Below are positions 18,231 through 27,326 of a stretch of 38,480 nt of DNA, piece by piece. How positions within the stretch are numbered: position 1 is the stretch's first letter; the number at the start of each line of letters is the position of its first letter. The DNA is from an uncultured bacterium. GTDB taxonomy: Bacteria; CSSED10-310; CAZUFC01. The translations under genes were made by a program, and so were the position numbers. The notes beneath the pieces were generated by a model. It was not told the origin of the DNA, did not search any database, and saw nothing but the letters and a program-made list of their open reading frames with translations. The DNA lies in the NCBI GenBank assembly GCA_964619725.1, contig CAZUFC010000085.1:1-38480 (forward strand). Direction: 5' to 3'.

Positions 18231-19883
18231 CTATAGATTCTTGCTTAACCACTTGTATAAGGCCGCCGGCGCTTTTTCGTTAACGCTGTATTCCGCCTTA
18301 TGCGGCTTTGTTTTCCAGGGCGGTTTGTAAACGCCTAAGTGATGACCGAAAGGCGACAGGATGTCTAATGTTTGATTGGTTTTGCCCTTTTCAATGAACA
18401 GCCTGTTAAGAATTTCCGCCTGTTCCGGCGGATATATCGAATCCAATGAGCCATGAAGGATTAAAACCGGCATGTTGACTAATTCTATGAAGTTCTCCGG
18501 ATCAACCTCTTTGCAAGACCTGGTAAAGGTTACGGAATAAGCCGTATTGTTTATCGATATCCAGTCTCCGGGCATTTTTTCACTTAATTCCAAATTCTTC
18601 CGGAACAAATCCAGTATCCCCTTGTAATAACTTTCCGACCAATTCTGTTCCTCAGAGTCCGCTTTTAACCTTAAAATCTCAGAATCGGGAATATAGGGGA
18701 CAGCAGGAGCGCCCATCAAGACGCATACCTTCAATTGAGGATTACTCGCAGCCACGGAAAGCGCGATGTATCCTCCGCGTCCGAATCCCAAAACTCCTAT
18801 TCTGGATGAATCCAGTTTTTCTGTAGTCTTCAGATGATGGATAATTCTTTCCGCATCCTCTGTCAGGTCATTGAAAGAATATACCCCGTAACTGCCCTCG
18901 CTTTCGCCTAATCCCCTCAGATCATAAGAAAATACGCCTATACCGCGCTCCACCAGATACTCTGCGATATCCTCAAATATCCCGCCCATCCTCCTGTCAT
19001 AATATCCTTCCCCTATTAATATCATGCATGGAATATCCTCCCCTGCCTCCGGCAACGCCAATGAACCGCTTATGACCGGTCCCTTCTCGCTTTTCAATGA
19101 AATTTCTCCCTCGGCAAAAATACCATTCTCCTCTTTTTTCACTTCCATCGGAACGAAATCGTCGGTCCTCCTGATCAGTATAGCTCCGTCTTTCCGCTTA
19201 ACCTCTTCAATAATTCCTGATCGCATGTCCGCCTTCACATAATATTCATTTTCATATTTTATCAAATGCGTATAAGATTCCTCTTCTTCCTTCAATCGCT
19301 CCACTGACAAAGGCTTCAATTCCAGGCCATTGAAAACCTCTCCCTTTATCACGCCGGAATCAATAGAAAGGGAATTGAAAATAAGTTTCTGAAGACTGAT
19401 GGTTTCCAGGTCAATTATCAATTCGACCGGCTCTTTTTCAAGCATTATCGATTCATCAATCAACGGCATGAATGGAGGATTTTCCTTACAAAAAAAATAA
19501 ACCCCTTCCTGCCTCATGATCCAGGAACGATAACTGACTCGCCCTTCCGTACAGGACTTGTAAGCCGTGGATGTCCTTAGATTCTTCAGATCGAATTGAT
19601 ATTGAGAAAAAATTATGCGCGGTATGATCGAATAGGGATATATTTTTCTGGACTCCAGAAGATAAGCGTTCTCGTCCTCATAAAGAACCCCCTTAACCGT
19701 CTCTTTGCCGATAAGCGCTTCCCCGTGATATATCTCGTACTTCGATTCATACTTCTCAACAGAAAATGCACTGACAACAGAAAAAAAACTCGACAAAAAA
19801 ATGAAAAAAACAGCCGTTACTAATATTCGTTCCCTATTCCATGCATTCTTAATCTCTTCTTCCATCTCTTTTTTACTCTTCAT
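18231..19883 (-). CDS. Exported alpha/beta-hydrolase fold protein (S9/S15-like) lacking the nucleophile Ser
   Basis: Hydrophobic N-terminal segment; ISGSLALP, GIGVFSYDLRGLGESEG, RIGVLGFGRGG, PVLILHGSLD, FGHHL. Confidence 0.85.
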   Translation of the reverse strand: MKSKKEMEEEIKNAWNRERILVTAVFFIFLSSFFSVVSAFSVEKYESKYEIYHGEALIGKETVKGVLYEDENAYLLESRKIYPYSIIPRIIFSQYQFDLKNLRTSTAYKSCTEGRVSYRSWIMRQEGVYFFCKENPPFMPLIDESIMLEKEPVELIIDLETISLQKLIFNSLSIDSGVIKGEVFNGLELKPLSVERLKEEEESYTHLIKYENEYYVKADMRSGIIEEVKRKDGAILIRRTDDFVPMEVKKEENGIFAEGEISLKSEKGPVISGSLALPEAGEDIPCMILIGEGYYDRRMGGIFEDIAEYLVERGIGVFSYDLRGLGESEGSYGVYSFNDLTEDAERIIHHLKTTEKLDSSRIGVLGFGRGGYIALSVAASNPQLKVCVLMGAPAVPYIPDSEILRLKADSEEQNWSESYYKGILDLFRKNLELSEKMPGDWISINNTAYSVTFTRSCKEVDPENFIELVNMPVLILHGSLDSIYPPEQAEILNRLFIEKGKTNQTLDILSPFGHHLGVYKPPWKTKPHKAEYSVNEKAPAALYKWLSKNL

Positions 19884-20164
19884 TTACCCCGACTGAAAAA
19901 CCCGTCTGTCCTTAACTGTCTCCTGCGATTTGACATTTCCCGAACAATTTAAACGAAATCGCTGATCTGACTCCCTGAATTTGCACTTGTTATGCCCCCA
20001 GAAAACGGCGTTGCTTCGATTTGTCTCCCAGGCAAAACTTTTGTTGCGAAAGTAACTTTCATAGATGCTCGTTCTTATAGTACCAGGCTGAGAGTTATGA
20101 TCCTCTTCAAAAACTGAAATAAAAAGTTTTGCGATGACAGCCCGCCATCGCTTTATTATGTCGC

Positions 20165-20374
20165 TCACGTAAACCTCGATCCCGCAGGACCGCATGATGA
20201 ACCGGACGTCTTACTGCCGCTCGATCCTGCAGAGGAGGCGAAACTGGAAAAAATTTTCTTTATATTACGGCTTCCGCAAACAGGACATTCCAATCCTTCA
20301 CCCTTCTGACCGATTTGCATCAGCGCCTGGAAAATCTTTGAACAATCCTGACAACGAAATTCATATATCGGCAT
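20165..20374 (-). CDS. FmdB family zinc-ribbon regulatory protein
   Basis: MPIYEFRCQDC...CPVCGS...KKIFSSF with a Ser/Gly-rich tail. Confidence 0.92.
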   Translation of the reverse strand: MPIYEFRCQDCSKIFQALMQIGQKGEGLECPVCGSRNIKKIFSSFASSAGSSGSKTSGSSCGPAGSRFT

Positions 20375-20647
20375 CTCCGATCCCTTCCTTTACTTCTTTC
20401 ATTTCCTTATCTGTCTTCACATCATCCATTTCTTTATTTTGATTTTCTTCATTCTCAGAAGATCGATACTCGATCTTGCATGCACGAGACAGTCACGTTT
20501 GAACCCCGAACTTAGGCAGAATCCAAACCATAACTATTATATAACATGCAAGAAAAATGAAAACCCAAATCAGATCCTTCACGTTAAACTCCTTAAGGTT
20601 CGACGTCCCTTTTCAATGATACGATATTTACAAAAAAGTTTCATGCT

Positions 20648-22690
20648 CTAATTTGAATTTTCATACGCATCGACATATCTGACGCCGTCTACAGCGGATG
20701 AGACGAGTTTTTTTACCGGTCGGCCGGATATTCCGATCTCCAGGGGAATCCCTTTCAAACACAATATAGTGGGCGTTACATCGAGGATCGATGCGCCTTG
20801 CAGATGTATTTTTTTTCCAATGCTTGGTCCTTTTACGGCGAGCATACCGTCAAGAGTATGAATCCAGTCCTGTTCGACTGTTTTAATCCAATAGCTGCAG
20901 GGGGCTTTTTCATCCTCCCATACAATATGGTCTGACTCATCTATTTCATCGGATATGTTAACGCAAATATCAGGAACCGGATAAGTCGCATGTCCCTGTT
21001 CCTCACTCGTCGTCTTCACGGCTCCAGTGAAAACCGGAAATCCTCCTTCGTCCGTTAAATTTCTTAATTCCTGAATTACTTGAAAAATGAAGTCTTCAAT
21101 TTTCTCGTCCGAAGCCGGTTCATCATCGCTCATTCCTTGCCGGTTAACGTATAAGTGACTGCACGTTCCCTTCACATCATTCTTAACGGCATAAAGTTTC
21201 GTCCTGGAAATGTCCGGCTTACCGGACTTCTCTTCATCTTCTCCTTTCTCAAATTCCAAATAACCCAACTGTTCAAACAGTCGATTCAAAAAAAACACCT
21301 TCTTTTCTTGCTTTCCGCCGCCTATTCCGTGATTGGAAACGATGAATATCTCCCTGTCCTCCCGGCTTAGTTCACTGAACTTCCCGATAAACCCATCGAT
21401 CAACTGATAATATAGCATAAGGAAATCGCCTTTCCTGAACCTTTCATAATCGAATTCCCGGCCCTCCTTAACTCCCTGGCTGTATAACCGGGCGACATTT
21501 TCCAATCCTTTGAAATATAATAAAATCAGGTCAGGATCATATTTTTTGAAAATATACAGGCCGGCTTTACATTCAGCAAAATCCTCATAAAGATTCTCAA
21601 ACATCTTGTCTTCTGAAAAAAAAGCCCCTCTGTCCCTCTTCCCCGCCTCCTCTTCCTCAATAATGTTCATCCGCATCATCATCTCCCCGAACTGCTGCGC
21701 ATCCTCCCTCGCTCTCTCCTCGTAATAAATTAATTCCGCATTCAAACGGTCCGGATAAGTGAGTCCATCCTTCCCCTCCTCCCCTAATCCAGTCGCCGTC
21801 AACCCTTTAATTCTCTCTGCAGGATATGACTTCGGATAATTCAGCGCCGCTGAACTCAATTTGTAAGTTGTGAATATTGTCCATATCGCCTCCGTCTTTC
21901 GCAGCAACCGCGTCGTCTCCCTCGCTTCCATGGAATCCCATGCCTTGACGTATTCTCTTATTATCCCATGGTCACGACTCCGCCTTCCCGTCGCGATACC
22001 CGTCCATACAGCGCCGGAAAAAATAGGATATCCCGACCATAAATATCCTGATGCTCCGTCATTTATAATCTCTGAAAAACACGGCGCTTTTTCCTGTCCC
22101 ACTAATGGGAATACGGCGCTCCAATCACCGCCTTCCAAGCCTATCAACAGGAATTTACGGTCAGTTAAATCAATTTCCGGCGTAAAAGATTGAACTTCAC
22201 CAGCTTCCTGCTCTAAAAAGGATGCCGCATCTTCATGAAAAAAAAGACTTTTTTCGATATGATTCCTGATCGCATAATGATCAGGGTCTAATGCGAGTCC
22301 TTCATTCCACAAAGAAAAAGCCTTTTCCAGTTCGCCGCGCTGAAAGTAAAAATTTCCGAGTCGCGCCATCATATCAACGTTTTCTAAATTGAAAAAAGAT
22401 GCTTCTTTCAAATTTTCCAGCGCTGCCCCGTACTTTCCGTTTATTCCCAGCGTATAACCGTATTTCCCCTGGATAACCGTATTTTCTTGAGTAATCTTTA
22501 ATGCCTCTTCAAAACATTTTTCAGCTTCGACCGGATCATCTTGTTCGAGAAGATAATCCCCTCTGGCCGATAACGTATTGACCTTATGGGGCATTTCGCG
22601 ACCGCATGCGGATAAAACAAGCATTATAAAAGTCGCCGTCCAAAAAATCTCACGCCTGCGTATTTCCATCGCCGTCATTATTGAAAGCAT
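20648..22690 (-). CDS. Lipoprotein with TPR repeats and an alkaline-phosphatase/nucleotide-pyrophosphatase superfamily domain
   Basis: Lipobox LSAC; TPRs (AEKCFEEALKI, GNFYFQRGELEKA); LLIGLEGGDW, SGAVWTGIATG, FIVSNHG, SILDVTPTIL. Start placed at 22690 to avoid overlap with the upstream gene. Confidence 0.85.
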   Translation of the reverse strand: MLSIMTAMEIRRREIFWTATFIMLVLSACGREMPHKVNTLSARGDYLLEQDDPVEAEKCFEEALKITQENTVIQGKYGYTLGINGKYGAALENLKEASFFNLENVDMMARLGNFYFQRGELEKAFSLWNEGLALDPDHYAIRNHIEKSLFFHEDAASFLEQEAGEVQSFTPEIDLTDRKFLLIGLEGGDWSAVFPLVGQEKAPCFSEIINDGASGYLWSGYPIFSGAVWTGIATGRRSRDHGIIREYVKAWDSMEARETTRLLRKTEAIWTIFTTYKLSSAALNYPKSYPAERIKGLTATGLGEEGKDGLTYPDRLNAELIYYEERAREDAQQFGEMMMRMNIIEEEEAGKRDRGAFFSEDKMFENLYEDFAECKAGLYIFKKYDPDLILLYFKGLENVARLYSQGVKEGREFDYERFRKGDFLMLYYQLIDGFIGKFSELSREDREIFIVSNHGIGGGKQEKKVFFLNRLFEQLGYLEFEKGEDEEKSGKPDISRTKLYAVKNDVKGTCSHLYVNRQGMSDDEPASDEKIEDFIFQVIQELRNLTDEGGFPVFTGAVKTTSEEQGHATYPVPDICVNISDEIDESDHIVWEDEKAPCSYWIKTVEQDWIHTLDGMLAVKGPSIGKKIHLQGASILDVTPTILCLKGIPLEIGISGRPVKKLVSSAVDGVRYVDAYENSN

Positions 22691-22701
22691 ATCCGGGGAT
22701 A

Positions 22702-23433
22702 TTATTCCGGCCGTTTTTGCGCCGTGAAAAAAACGATTAAACCCCACTTCTTTAAAATCGGTATCTTGTGAAAATTATTATTGATCAGGTCAGCGGCCAT
22801 CGGTATTTTCGCCGGAATTAACGTTCGTTTGCCCCGGTTCGTAATACGAAAACCATGTTTGATGAATAATTCTATGAGTTTCGGTTCTTCTATCCAGTTG
22901 TGAGGCCCCTCCGGCATCTTCATTTTTATTTTTTCCAAAAAATGGAGCAGCCTGGTCCATCGGTGATTCGCTATCGATACGATTAACTCGGTTTCTTCTC
23001 CCGCTAACTCCGATAATCTCTGCACAGCGCGCTCGGGTTCGTAAAGATGCTCGAATACATCCGCCAGAATCACATAATCAAAATACTCCTCACAACTGAA
23101 ATTCTCAGCCTCCCCTACGACAAATCTTAGATTCTTCCTGTCGCTGTACTTCTTCTCAGCAATTCTGATCATCGATTCGCTTATGTCTACTCCCACTCCA
23201 TATCGGGGATTCAAATGCGCCAGTAATTCACCCGTTCCGCAACCTACCTCTAAAACCTTCTTTTTCTCCGCATCATCTATCAGTTCACTGTATAACTTCT
23301 TTAATTGATCGTAATAACCGGGCGATGCGGCTTTATAGTCGTCGTACCTTTCCGCCAGCTCCTCGAAATGCTCAATGACTTCATTCCTTAGTTCCGGTGA
23401 AGAATCTCTCGCTCTCTCTTCTTTTAAACCCAT
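22702..23433 (-). CDS. Class I SAM-dependent methyltransferase
   Basis: VLEVGCGTG, GVDISESMI, FDYVILADVFEHL. Confidence 0.92.
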   Translation of the reverse strand: MGLKEERARDSSPELRNEVIEHFEELAERYDDYKAASPGYYDQLKKLYSELIDDAEKKKVLEVGCGTGELLAHLNPRYGVGVDISESMIRIAEKKYSDRKNLRFVVGEAENFSCEEYFDYVILADVFEHLYEPERAVQRLSELAGEETELIVSIANHRWTRLLHFLEKIKMKMPEGPHNWIEEPKLIELFIKHGFRITNRGKRTLIPAKIPMAADLINNNFHKIPILKKWGLIVFFTAQKRPE

Positions 23434-24839
23434 GTGACAAATTCTTTCGCCATTTTAACGAAAAAACTAAATTCTTTATAAGATCGAACCCTTTTCAAAG
23501 TTTTCCAGACCATTCTCGGACGCAGATAGAAGCTTTTGTAAGCCTTTCTTCTCAAAGCCATTACCTCATCGGCAGATAACTGTTCCGTCGTGATGACCGA
23601 AAAATTCTGCTCAAATTGCGTCCAATCATGATTGATTATCCACCCGTTCGCTATCGCCTGCTCATACAGCTCCGAACCCGGAAACGGCACGACGCAGTAG
23701 AACTGAGCGAAATCCAGGTCGAGTTCCTTGGCGAATTCAATCGTTTTGATAATCTCTTCTCTGGTTTCTCCCGGATATCCCACGACACAATGACCGGTGA
23801 CTTCCAGCCCCGCCTTCCTGGCCATCTCCACTGCGTTTCTCGCCTGATCCAAAGTTGTGCGTTTATTCATTAAATCAAGTATCCGCTGAGAACCCACTTC
23901 GATCCCGTAACCTATCATCCAGCAGCCGGCCTGCTTGAATTTACGCAACATTTCCTCATTTACATTATCTACCCGGCTGTTGCACACCCAGCGAAAGCCG
24001 GTATTTCTTCTGATCATTTCCTCTGCAACCTGTTGCGCATACTTCGGATTCAGCGTAAATGACTCTGACCAAAACAAAAAATCCTCAATACCGAATTCCT
24101 TTTTCACCCATTCCATCTCATCCACAACGCGAGAAGGCGTCCGAATAATCAGTTTATGCCCGTAGAACGCCGGATCAGCACAGAATCTACACTTGTGAGG
24201 ACAGCCGCGTCCCGTAGGAACCAAAAGAAATTCTTTATTGGAAAAGGGCATTCGATATAAATCCCTCCTGATCAATTGCCAGGCCGGAAAAGGAAGCTCA
24301 TCCAGACTCTCCAGCGGAGGTCGTTCAGCATTCCTTACAATTTTTCCGTTTTCGCGAAAAGTAATTCCCTTCACCGAACCGAGACCGCCGCCCTTTGACA
24401 GACTCTCCGCCAACTCGGCTGCAGCCGTCTCCGGTTCTCCGCGAATGACGGAATCCAGTTCCGGAAATTTTTCTAAACTCTCCTTATCCTTCACCGTAAC
24501 GTGAATCCCGAAAGCAGTCACATGCAAGGACGGCAAAACCGCTTTCAGGTGTGCCGCCATGCCAAGATCGCTGTCTATTGAAGGCGTCACAGCATTCACG
24601 ACGACCAGCTCAGGCTTAAATTCCCCGGCTATCCTTACTACACCCTCCGTATCGATTTCTTCGACAATGCAATCGTGCAATATTACCTCGTGCCCCTTTT
24701 CCAGAAGCAACGCTCCCGTCAACGCCAGAGAAACAGGCGCCCATACGGCGGTCCAGGCTCCCATTCTCTGCATACAGCGACCCTCCCTGACCAATTTCAC
24801 GCCCTCTGGAGCGGGAGGATTCAGAAGCAATACTCTCAT
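23424..24839 (-). CDS. B12-binding radical SAM protein
   Basis: N-terminal cobalamin-binding domain (RVLLLNPP, FGIHVT, VIRGEPE); CxxxCxxC in GRGCPHKCRFC; GIEVGSQRIL, GYPGET, PFPGSELY. ATG 24839 overlaps the upstream TGA. Confidence 0.92.
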   Translation of the reverse strand: MRVLLLNPPAPEGVKLVREGRCMQRMGAWTAVWAPVSLALTGALLLEKGHEVILHDCIVEEIDTEGVVRIAGEFKPELVVVNAVTPSIDSDLGMAAHLKAVLPSLHVTAFGIHVTVKDKESLEKFPELDSVIRGEPETAAAELAESLSKGGGLGSVKGITFRENGKIVRNAERPPLESLDELPFPAWQLIRRDLYRMPFSNKEFLLVPTGRGCPHKCRFCADPAFYGHKLIIRTPSRVVDEMEWVKKEFGIEDFLFWSESFTLNPKYAQQVAEEMIRRNTGFRWVCNSRVDNVNEEMLRKFKQAGCWMIGYGIEVGSQRILDLMNKRTTLDQARNAVEMARKAGLEVTGHCVVGYPGETREEIIKTIEFAKELDLDFAQFYCVVPFPGSELYEQAIANGWIINHDWTQFEQNFSVITTEQLSADEVMALRRKAYKSFYLRPRMVWKTLKRVRSYKEFSFFVKMAKEFVTWV

Positions 24840-25561
24840 TTTTTGATCATCTCCATAAACAGCCGCCATAAAAATTTGATGCCCTTCCAGGTCGGCAGTT
24901 TCGAATATCCTGAACTTCTCTTAAATTCATGACTGGCTGCTTCCGTCACACGAAAACCTTTCTTCAACGCCTTGATCACCATTTCCTGCTCGATGTCAAA
25001 ATCAACCGCCTTAAGCTCCAACCTTTGCGCTACATTCTTGTCGATAGAGCGAAAACCGTTTTCCACATCAGTCAATTCAGTCTTCCACCGCAAATTTATC
25101 ATTAATGTTATGAAACCCGCTCCGACCATTCGAATGTAATTCGTAAAATTGCCGTGTATTTCGTCGCTGCCGCCCAGCAAACGCGAACCGATCACCAGAT
25201 CAGCATTATCTGCCAATATCGGAGCGGCCAGCTTGCGAATATCATCAGTATTGTGCGATCCGTCGGCATCCAGAAGCACCACGGCTCTTCCGGAAGCTTC
25301 CTTTAAACCGATTCGTATGGCATCTCCCTTTCCTAATCCATTGTCTTTGATTACACGAGCGCCGCATTCGGCTGCTATACCGCCTGTTCCGTCGTCCGAT
25401 CTTCCGTCAATGACTATAACTTCATCTGCATGCCGCATCGAACTGTTAACGACCGCAGCGATGCTGCCGGCTTCATTTTTGGCCGGTATAACCACAGATA
25501 TCGAATTTTCCTGTTTTTTGTTTTTATTTTCTGAATTTTTTATGTTTTGTCCTGATTCCAT
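24836..25561 (-). CDS. Glycosyltransferase family 2 (DPM1/polyprenol-phosphate glycosyltransferase-like)
   Basis: SVVIPAKNE, IDGRSDDGT, GKGDAIRIG, DADGSH, DLVIGSR, TDVENGFR. Confidence 0.93.
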   Translation of the reverse strand: MESGQNIKNSENKNKKQENSISVVIPAKNEAGSIAAVVNSSMRHADEVIVIDGRSDDGTGGIAAECGARVIKDNGLGKGDAIRIGLKEASGRAVVLLDADGSHNTDDIRKLAAPILADNADLVIGSRLLGGSDEIHGNFTNYIRMVGAGFITLMINLRWKTELTDVENGFRSIDKNVAQRLELKAVDFDIEQEMVIKALKKGFRVTEAASHEFKRSSGYSKLPTWKGIKFLWRLFMEMIKK

Positions 25562-25614
25562 ACTGCTCCTCGCTTAAAATCCGTAGAATAATAACAATTA
25601 AATGCACTTTTTAC

Positions 25615-25643
25615 TAGACATTTTTTCTTCAAACCGCTATAAA
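25615..25643 (+). promoter_or_regulatory. Putative sigma70 promoter of rplS-rnhB-yraN
   Basis: TAGACA (25615-25620), 17-nt spacer, TATAAA (25638-25643); strong SD AAGGAGG before the rplS ATG. Confidence 0.55.
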
Positions 25644-25692
25644 GTGCGGATGCATTCGAGCGATTCGGATTGCTGGAAGGAGGATCACTTCA

Positions 25693-26043
25693 ATGAACAA
25701 ACTAAATGGAATAGCGGAAGAGCAAATAAATAAAAACTTACCCGGCTTCAAGAGCGGCGACAGGGTGAGTGTGGATATAGCCGTCCGGGAAGGCGAAAAA
25801 GAACGCATTCAATCTTTCGTCGGCGACGTGATCCGTATTCGAAAAGCAGGAAGAAGTTCTTCTTTTACAGTCAGGAAAATTTCCTATGGCATAGGCGTGG
25901 AAAGGATTTTCCCCCTTCACTCTCCTTTAATCAAAAAAATAAAAGTTATACGAAAAGGTGCGGTTCGAAGGTCCAGGTTGTTTTATCTGAGGAAATTGCG
26001 AGGCAAGGCGGCACGCATAAAAGAGCATGGACGTCGCAGATAA
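25693..26043 (+). CDS. rplS: 50S ribosomal protein L19
   Basis: [48 protein letters not shown]. Confidence 0.99.
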   Translation: MNKLNGIAEEQINKNLPGFKSGDRVSVDIAVREGEKERIQSFVGDVIRIRKAGRSSSFTVRKISYGIGVERIFPLHSPLIKKIKVIRKGAVRRSRLFYLRKLRGKAARIKEHGRRR

Positions 26044-26064
26044 GCATTATTGCAAGGCTTAAAG

Positions 26065-26688
26065 ATGCCTTTCGCTTGCCGGACAAACGACGACTACGAA
26101 AAAGAGCTTAACGTTCAGGGTTACACGCGTATTGCAGGAATAGATGAAGCCGGAAGGGGCCCTCTTTGCGGTCCCGTCGTCGCGGCAGCGGTTGTTTTGC
26201 CCTCCGGATTCAAATTGGAGGGCCTGACGGATTCCAAACTGCTTTCCCCTTCAAAAAGAGACTTCTTCTTCGATGAGATTCGTCAAAAAGCGGAAGCTTA
26301 CGGCATCGCCGCCGCAGAACTTGAACTCATCGATAAAATCAATATCCTGGAAGCTACCCGGTGGGCCATGGTTCAAGCCATCGCTCAAATACTTCCTTCC
26401 CCCGATTTCCTCCTGATCGATGCCGTCCGACTCAATTCGCCCATTCCTCAAAAGTCTATCATCAAAGGCGATCTTAAATGCATTTCCATCGCTGCTGCCT
26501 CCATACTCGCCAAAGTCAGCCGGGATCGCATGATGATGAATTTTCATCAGCAATTCCCTCAATATAATTTCGCCTCCAATAAAGGATATCCCACCAAAGA
26601 ACATCGCAGAGCCATCAGCCTTTACGGTCCCTGCCCCCTTCACCGTAAATCTTTTCGCGGAGTTAAAGAATTTCTCGATAAAAATTGA
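26065..26688 (+). CDS. rnhB: Ribonuclease HII
   Basis: GIDEAGRGPLCGPVVAAAV, DSKLL, NILEAT, KGD...SIAAASILAKVSRD, NKGYPT, HRKSF. Alternative TTG start at 26050. Confidence 0.98.
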   Translation: MPFACRTNDDYEKELNVQGYTRIAGIDEAGRGPLCGPVVAAAVVLPSGFKLEGLTDSKLLSPSKRDFFFDEIRQKAEAYGIAAAELELIDKINILEATRWAMVQAIAQILPSPDFLLIDAVRLNSPIPQKSIIKGDLKCISIAAASILAKVSRDRMMMNFHQQFPQYNFASNKGYPTKEHRRAISLYGPCPLHRKSFRGVKEFLDKN

Positions 26689-27053
26689 ATTTCTGGAATC
26701 AAATACTCGGCAGAAAAGGTGAATCCCTTGCACAAAGTTACCTGAAAAAACAAGGATACCGCATTGTCGATAAAAGATGGAAATGTAAGCAGGGAGAAAT
26801 CGATCTTATCGCATGGGACCGGTACACTTTATGTTTCATTGAAGTCAAAACCAGAGAAGAATCCGTCGTTTTCGATCCTGTTCTCGCCGTGGACAAACGC
26901 AAACAAAAACAAATTATACGCGTCGCAGACATCTATCTTGCCAGAAAAGACATGTGCATGACCCCACATCGCTTCGATATCGTTGCAGTAACTACTATTA
27001 AAGGAAAAAAACCTCGTCTTCGGCTGATAAAAGATGCTTTCTGGGACGAATAA
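26685..27053 (+). CDS. yraN: YraN family putative endonuclease (UPF0102)
   Basis: LGRKGESLAQSYL, GEIDLIA, FIEVKTR, RFDIVAV; usual synteny after rnhB; TTG start overlapping the rnhB stop. Confidence 0.95.
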   Translation: MNFWNQILGRKGESLAQSYLKKQGYRIVDKRWKCKQGEIDLIAWDRYTLCFIEVKTREESVVFDPVLAVDKRKQKQIIRVADIYLARKDMCMTPHRFDIVAVTTIKGKKPRLRLIKDAFWDE

Positions 27054-27126
27054 ACGCTCGAATATCGCTGAATGCTTAACAATTATAACGTCGAAATTTC
27101 CGTTCTTCTCTTCTTCGTCCTCACTA

Positions 27127-27326
27127 GTTTTTGTCCATAAACGGCGAATTTTTCACAATACTGCGTCAGTCTTCGGATTTGCTCAGTCAAAGTATAAGCG
27201 CCGCCCCTGCCTCGCAAATCATTACCATCCTTGACTTAAGAAAAATTCGCTCGTTTATGGATCAAAAACCGCAGTGACTGTCCAGCATTAAATTTTGAAT
27301 CGACAATCGAGTTTATGGACAGTCAC
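27127..27326. mobile_element. 200-bp palindromic MITE/REP-like element, copy 2
   Basis: Colinear with copy 1; flanked by TCACTA (27121-27126) and TCACAA (27327-27332); overlaps the last codons of murC. Confidence 0.85.

Noticed and set aside
19884-20195. 103-aa minus-strand ORF whose TAA abuts the hydrolase ATG
   Set aside because: Overlaps the FmdB gene, has no recognisable motif or RBS and atypical composition. Not supportable as a gene, though not excluded.
20362-20490. Purine-rich minus-strand stretch reading as a short acidic/basic peptide upstream of FmdB
   Set aside because: Short, closed upstream by an in-frame stop and without homology cues. Likely compositional bias.
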